Below are positions 8,401-10,747 of a DNA stretch of 10,747 bases, piece by piece. The notes beneath the pieces were generated by a model. It was given only the letters and a program-made list of their open reading frames with translations, had not been told where the DNA came from and searched no databases. This stretch comes from Nitrososphaeraceae archaeon (GTDB lineage: Archaea > Thermoproteota > Nitrososphaeria > Nitrososphaerales > Nitrososphaeraceae): contig DATGZA010000101.1 in the NCBI GenBank assembly GCA_035297365.1, positions 1 through 10,747 on the forward strand, written 5' to 3'. Position numbers and translations under genes: made by a program. Positions within the stretch are counted from its first letter, which is position 1. Each line of letters begins with the position of its first letter.

Positions 8401-8792
8401 TCTTCAGGTTGTATGAAAAAACTAGGATGGTAGAGTATTGTGTTGCCATCACGATGTAGCTTTTTGACAATAGCATAAAACTTTTTATTAAAAACATCTA
8501 TATAAATATCAGAATTGGTTTTAAGTAGACAAAAATCTGATAACATTCCAGTTTCTAATGTGGACACAACTGTAATGAATTCGAAAAATACTGCCTCAAA
8601 ATCGAAATCTTTTATTTCATTTTGCACAATTTCGAAGAGAATTTTTAAACCTGATTCTTGATAGAAATCTATGGAACTACCCTTTAATTTATCCTGAGTA
8701 AATTTGCTTGCTTGGTCAATTTGAATCCTCTTAAGATTTTCAGAGAATTCCTCTTTGAATGTATTATATTTAGAAAATTTGAAGTCAATCAT
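5457..8792 (-). CDS. Large soluble atypical hybrid histidine kinase-like protein (GAF-like, HisKA-like H-box, GHKL/HATPase, C-terminal pseudo-receiver)
   Basis: 1111 aa with no TM segment. H-box-like helix SAISAIMARNMSHNIGSHV (H311). N-box AFLTIIENFTRNSAKH (E468-H477). G1-like IVIQDN (D511). G2-like HKGLKE (G565), followed by the strand NFAISFSL. GAF-like SLLCAIPIVG...LGCCFIYF lies before the H-box. The C-terminus has REC-like strands RIVIIDER, FISIHYG and ISVHSGRG. Confidence 0.7.
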   Translation of the reverse strand: MIDFKFSKYNTFKEEFSENLKRIQIDQASKFTQDKLKGSSIDFYQESGLKILFEIVQNEIKDFDFEAVFFEFITVVSTLETGMLSDFCLLKTNSDIYIDVFNKKFYAIVKKLHRDGNTILYHPSFFIQPEDETMLLSLCNESEPQYSKIPQDDLLNLVSLNDKTGIFLQNASFKISYNEFKDNANNYYTGEKSIQDVCRAMHSLMHNEYSPNRKSLLCAIPIVGAPFSDNKSNKLNGLGCCFIYFIFEPKTSIDFENSKYKFENLGELISSKVKELSYNYLLDSGILLAKRARQNALKSAISAIMARNMSHNIGSHVITNTKTELERLALNSQTLQKDLSGLSKLLHYIQERQDFIAVLASGETYTKGPVNLKEHIFDYLAYDGPSIRHRSREMFNNYILDNIVSSEKITRYGSGKKIEICISLKEAEDTITLKSLVSQSTVSQKLDSIYLSIPYGLNGRQAFLTIIENFTRNSAKHLQKDIPQNGLEITITVNKKQDHEGKYSYNIVIQDNKKNFNNVIDNINKSGIKTILSKYLGDENKYKIESKSLKILDESESKPDHNHKGLKEILICLSWMKGNDNYSIIEDNPSEELDFYIINNEGNFAISFSLDCFEEKVFLIEREKDTEVVPGCYYYEKSDLTETGIASFVSKLPSAEIYILDKDEGQKKYKLLQPWLPRLVVSEEFEDIKHKLGRHLTFKKDINNPHNQCKDLFYGIDSDKIESAYYFNKSFILNCTQLNNNNYKSCFDITLLAIDQTKKNLKESSINEEKILSNFVYYLGNEEVESLDSLYKSEYVLFMNHYETIDPKNDFIRTLPHYCSFLEGISGGNYTNSLLRNSIMSLKQYIKIIESCLTRIVIIDERLFEKYKNPEFSSKASSSAFDYISLADFSNYLLNEGQGDFSYQDLIRKFISYANLSGIAIERINIGDSEKENIIFNDKLDYFGQKEEKFKNWMKASFNVTEEVKIIKSWGSYFHGKNIDIYDVDIEEFDQKNPLFISAIDQKKHTLTEIKNSHFISIHYGIIEKINEKLKSNEDLIITLQNIFNEYPGKISVHSGRGDLHKFKDTKEQNEIAFIPLSGIEWALGNSKYMLTELFYNQKYIPFHKQKISNI

Positions 8793-9429
8793 CTTTCCTG
8801 ATTATTAATAAACCATCACGTATTGGCAGAAGGATTTTACTTATTCCTTTAAAATCTCGTATAAATGAAATGAACATCTTAATTCCAGTGGTCTCAACAT
8901 CATCTTTGTTTGAAAGAGGGTCAAAAGCCTTCTCACCCCAAAAGAGATTATCAACTAAAATGTATTTCCCCGGATTAACATTTATGAATATTTTATTAAA
9001 ATAATCAATATACTCATTCTTATCACCATCAATATATACTAAATCATGCTTTAAATTGATTGAGTCATATACATCAAAAAAATCTCCAAAATGAACAAAT
9101 ATTTTATCAGCATTATTTGTTAAGTTTATTGCGTTATGAATTATATTCTTCAATGAAGTGTCTCTTTCTATGGTATCTAACCTTCCCTCTTTTTTTAATC
9201 CTTTTGATAATGCAATTGCAGAGTATCCAACATAAGTTCCAATTTCAAGAATATTTGTTGGATTAATCATTACACTTAGGAACTCCAGAATTTTACCTTG
9301 AAGATGTCCAGAAATCATTTCAGGATACTTGATCAAACTAAGATTCCCATTTACAAAATCCTGCAAAACTTTATCCTCTGGAGTTACAAAAGATTCAATG
9401 AATTTAACAAATTTACGATCGAAGATCAT
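8785..9429 (-). CDS. SAM- and cation-dependent O-methyltransferase (caffeoyl-CoA/catechol O-MT, YrrM-like family)
   Basis: 214 aa. SAM-binding motif ILEIGTYVGYSA, acidic residue after beta2 (DTIE), metal/catalytic motifs LVYIDGDK and ILVDNLFW, C-terminal LPIRDGL. The N-terminal MISGHLQG segment is typical of Bacteroidota members. Confidence 0.93.
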   Translation of the reverse strand: MIFDRKFVKFIESFVTPEDKVLQDFVNGNLSLIKYPEMISGHLQGKILEFLSVMINPTNILEIGTYVGYSAIALSKGLKKEGRLDTIERDTSLKNIIHNAINLTNNADKIFVHFGDFFDVYDSINLKHDLVYIDGDKNEYIDYFNKIFINVNPGKYILVDNLFWGEKAFDPLSNKDDVETTGIKMFISFIRDFKGISKILLPIRDGLLIIRKDD

Positions 9430-10550
9430 TCGGCTGGCGTCAGTTTCCCATTAATATACTTACAAATTTCAAGACTCAGGTTCATCTCTCCATTATTTTG
9501 AAATGACAACTGACCTGTGATGCCCTCCAAATTAGTTTTAAGTATTTGTAATCTAAGGCTATCTTTATTTGCAATTGCATGACACTTTTTGATAACATCT
9601 AATAGGATAGTATAATTATCATAAGCATATGCGTTAGTATACTTAGGTTCTTTATGAAATCTTGTTCTGAATCTTTCTTTCCAATTATTAGTATTTGGAT
9701 TCTCTCGAGAGTTAAATATTGGACTTGTAACATAAAATCCCTCCAATAATTCGTTTGACAATTCGGCTGCTGCATCAAGCAAATCAAAAGAACAAATTAC
9801 TGTAGATTTTTCCGAAATCTTGTAAGCTTTAAAATCTTTAATTAACTGTATCAAATTGTCCTTAAATCCATTCATTACTATAACATCTGGATCATAGGCT
9901 TTTACTTTTGCCGCCAAATCTTTGAAATCAGATTTTGATATATCATAAGGTTCTTGCATAATGAATTTAATACCATAATCTAGGATTTGAGGTTTAACGA
10001 TCTGATTAAACTGAATATCCGTTCCGCTTATGTTAACATAAATGAGAGCTACTTTTTTAGGTTTAAATCGTTTGATAAAATCAACATAGAATTGAGCCTC
10101 AACTCCAAAGTTGACATAATTTCTAAATAAAAATTCTCCTTCTGTCAATCGAACAGGAGTAAATGCCCACAGGAAATGAGGTATTTTTTCTTGATTCACT
10201 AAATCCTTGATTGCCATTGATTGCTGTGTAACACCAGACATATAAATCTGAACATCCTCAAGTTTATGTTTTTGGAATATTGATAAAGCTGTCTTAGCCT
10301 CACCTTTATTATCTTGAAAATCATATAAAAGTTCAATATTGTACTTCTTTAGAGTATCACTAAATTCTTCTTTCGCCAAAGTTATACCTTCCTGTACCGA
10401 GATACCATATGTCGCCAAGTCTCCAGAAAGTGGAAGATTAACACCAACTTTTACAACTTTTTCATTGATTTTAGGTGCTTTTACATTACAAGATATCACG
10501 AAAAGAAAAAGCAAAATCCAAAGGCTACTGAAAATAAGTTTGGTTTTCAT
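9426..10550 (-). CDS. ABC transporter substrate-binding lipoprotein, branched-chain amino acid (LivJ/LivK, type I periplasmic binding fold) family
   Basis: 374 aa. Signal peptide with lipobox VIS-C21. Family motifs VKVGVNLPLSGDLATYG, DNKGEAKTA, FLFR, KKVALIY, DFKDLAAKVKAYDPDVI, AYAYD and EGITGQLSFQNNGE. The ligand cannot be determined from the sequence. Confidence 0.92.
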   Translation of the reverse strand: MKTKLIFSSLWILLFLFVISCNVKAPKINEKVVKVGVNLPLSGDLATYGISVQEGITLAKEEFSDTLKKYNIELLYDFQDNKGEAKTALSIFQKHKLEDVQIYMSGVTQQSMAIKDLVNQEKIPHFLWAFTPVRLTEGEFLFRNYVNFGVEAQFYVDFIKRFKPKKVALIYVNISGTDIQFNQIVKPQILDYGIKFIMQEPYDISKSDFKDLAAKVKAYDPDVIVMNGFKDNLIQLIKDFKAYKISEKSTVICSFDLLDAAAELSNELLEGFYVTSPIFNSRENPNTNNWKERFRTRFHKEPKYTNAYAYDNYTILLDVIKKCHAIANKDSLRLQILKTNLEGITGQLSFQNNGEMNLSLEICKYINGKLTPAE

Positions 10551-10552
10551 AG

Positions 10553-10747
10553 CTAATTAAAAATATTATTATGTAAAATATCCATATTAAATTTATCATC
10601 CAATTTAAATTCCCTGTCAATCACCCCCCTTTCCAGCAGCAAAATCCTGTCTGACAGCTGTTGAGCCAGCCTGATGTTTTGTTCTATCAAGATTATGCTA
10701 ATAGATTTCTGTTCCTTTATTTTCCTGACCGTCTCAGATATAATTTC
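10553..10747 (-). CDS. livF: 3' end of a LivF-type branched-chain amino acid ABC transporter ATP-binding subunit (truncated by the window edge; absent from the ORF track)
   Basis: Manual translation of the reverse strand from 10747 gives EIISETVRKIKEQKSISIILIEQNIRLAQQLSDRILLLERGVIDREFKLDDKFNMDILHNNIFN*. IILIEQN is the LivF-type H-loop (Q replacing H), followed by SDRILLLERG. The TAG stop at 10555-10553 is 2 nt before the binding-protein ATG. Confidence 0.85.
   Translation of the reverse strand, partial: EIISETVRKIKEQKSISIILIEQNIRLAQQLSDRILLLERGVIDREFKLDDKFNMDILHNNIFN

Noticed and set aside
8312-8497. 61-aa alternative-frame ORF within the kinase gene
   Set aside because: Short, nested in a long well-supported CDS, and without independent evidence.
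5457-8792. Alternative call as a MORC/Hsp90/MutL-type GHKL or STAND NTPase
   Set aside because: There is no Walker A motif. The GHKL motifs are central and preceded by a His-containing helical hairpin and a GAF-like region, which fits a histidine-kinase architecture better.
9060-9501. Two short + strand ORFs (9060-9266, 9298-9501)
   Set aside because: Antisense to the clearly recognisable O-methyltransferase and binding-protein genes.
9599-10560. Short ORFs 9599-9787 (-) and 10339-10560 (+)
   Set aside because: Nested in or antisense to the binding-protein gene, with no motifs.
1-10747. CRISPR arrays, tRNA/rRNA genes, IS elements, long tandem repeats
   Set aside because: The window is almost entirely coding, with a largest intergenic gap of 67 nt. 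No periodic repeats, transposase or integrase motifs were seen by eye.

Overview
AT-rich bacterial window, probably Bacteroidota (inferred from the O-methyltransferase type and the lipoprotein signal). The left edge holds the 3' part of a higher-GC + strand gene, a probable M48 metallopeptidase with a C-terminal TerB-like domain. Converging on it is one tightly packed minus-strand operon with gaps of 5 nt or less, or overlaps, that continues off the right edge. In transcription order it encodes: a LivF-type ABC ATPase (3' end only, missed by the ORF track); a Liv-type substrate-binding lipoprotein; a cation-dependent O-methyltransferase; a 1111-aa soluble atypical histidine kinase (GAF-like, H-box RNMSHNIGSH, degenerate GHKL, C-terminal pseudo-receiver); a 237-aa His/Asp-motif orphan; a 596-aa expanded receiver-domain protein; and a 249-aa plus 521-aa pair that looks like one ~772-aa multi-pass membrane protein split by a 1-nt frameshift. 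No DNA-binding output domain is recognisable. The best candidate for an undescribed system is therefore a non-canonical phosphorelay whose output is a membrane protein, coupled here to a small-molecule importer and a methyltransferase. No RNA genes, CRISPR arrays or mobile-element genes were seen. Domain calls come from motif reading by eye, not database searches.
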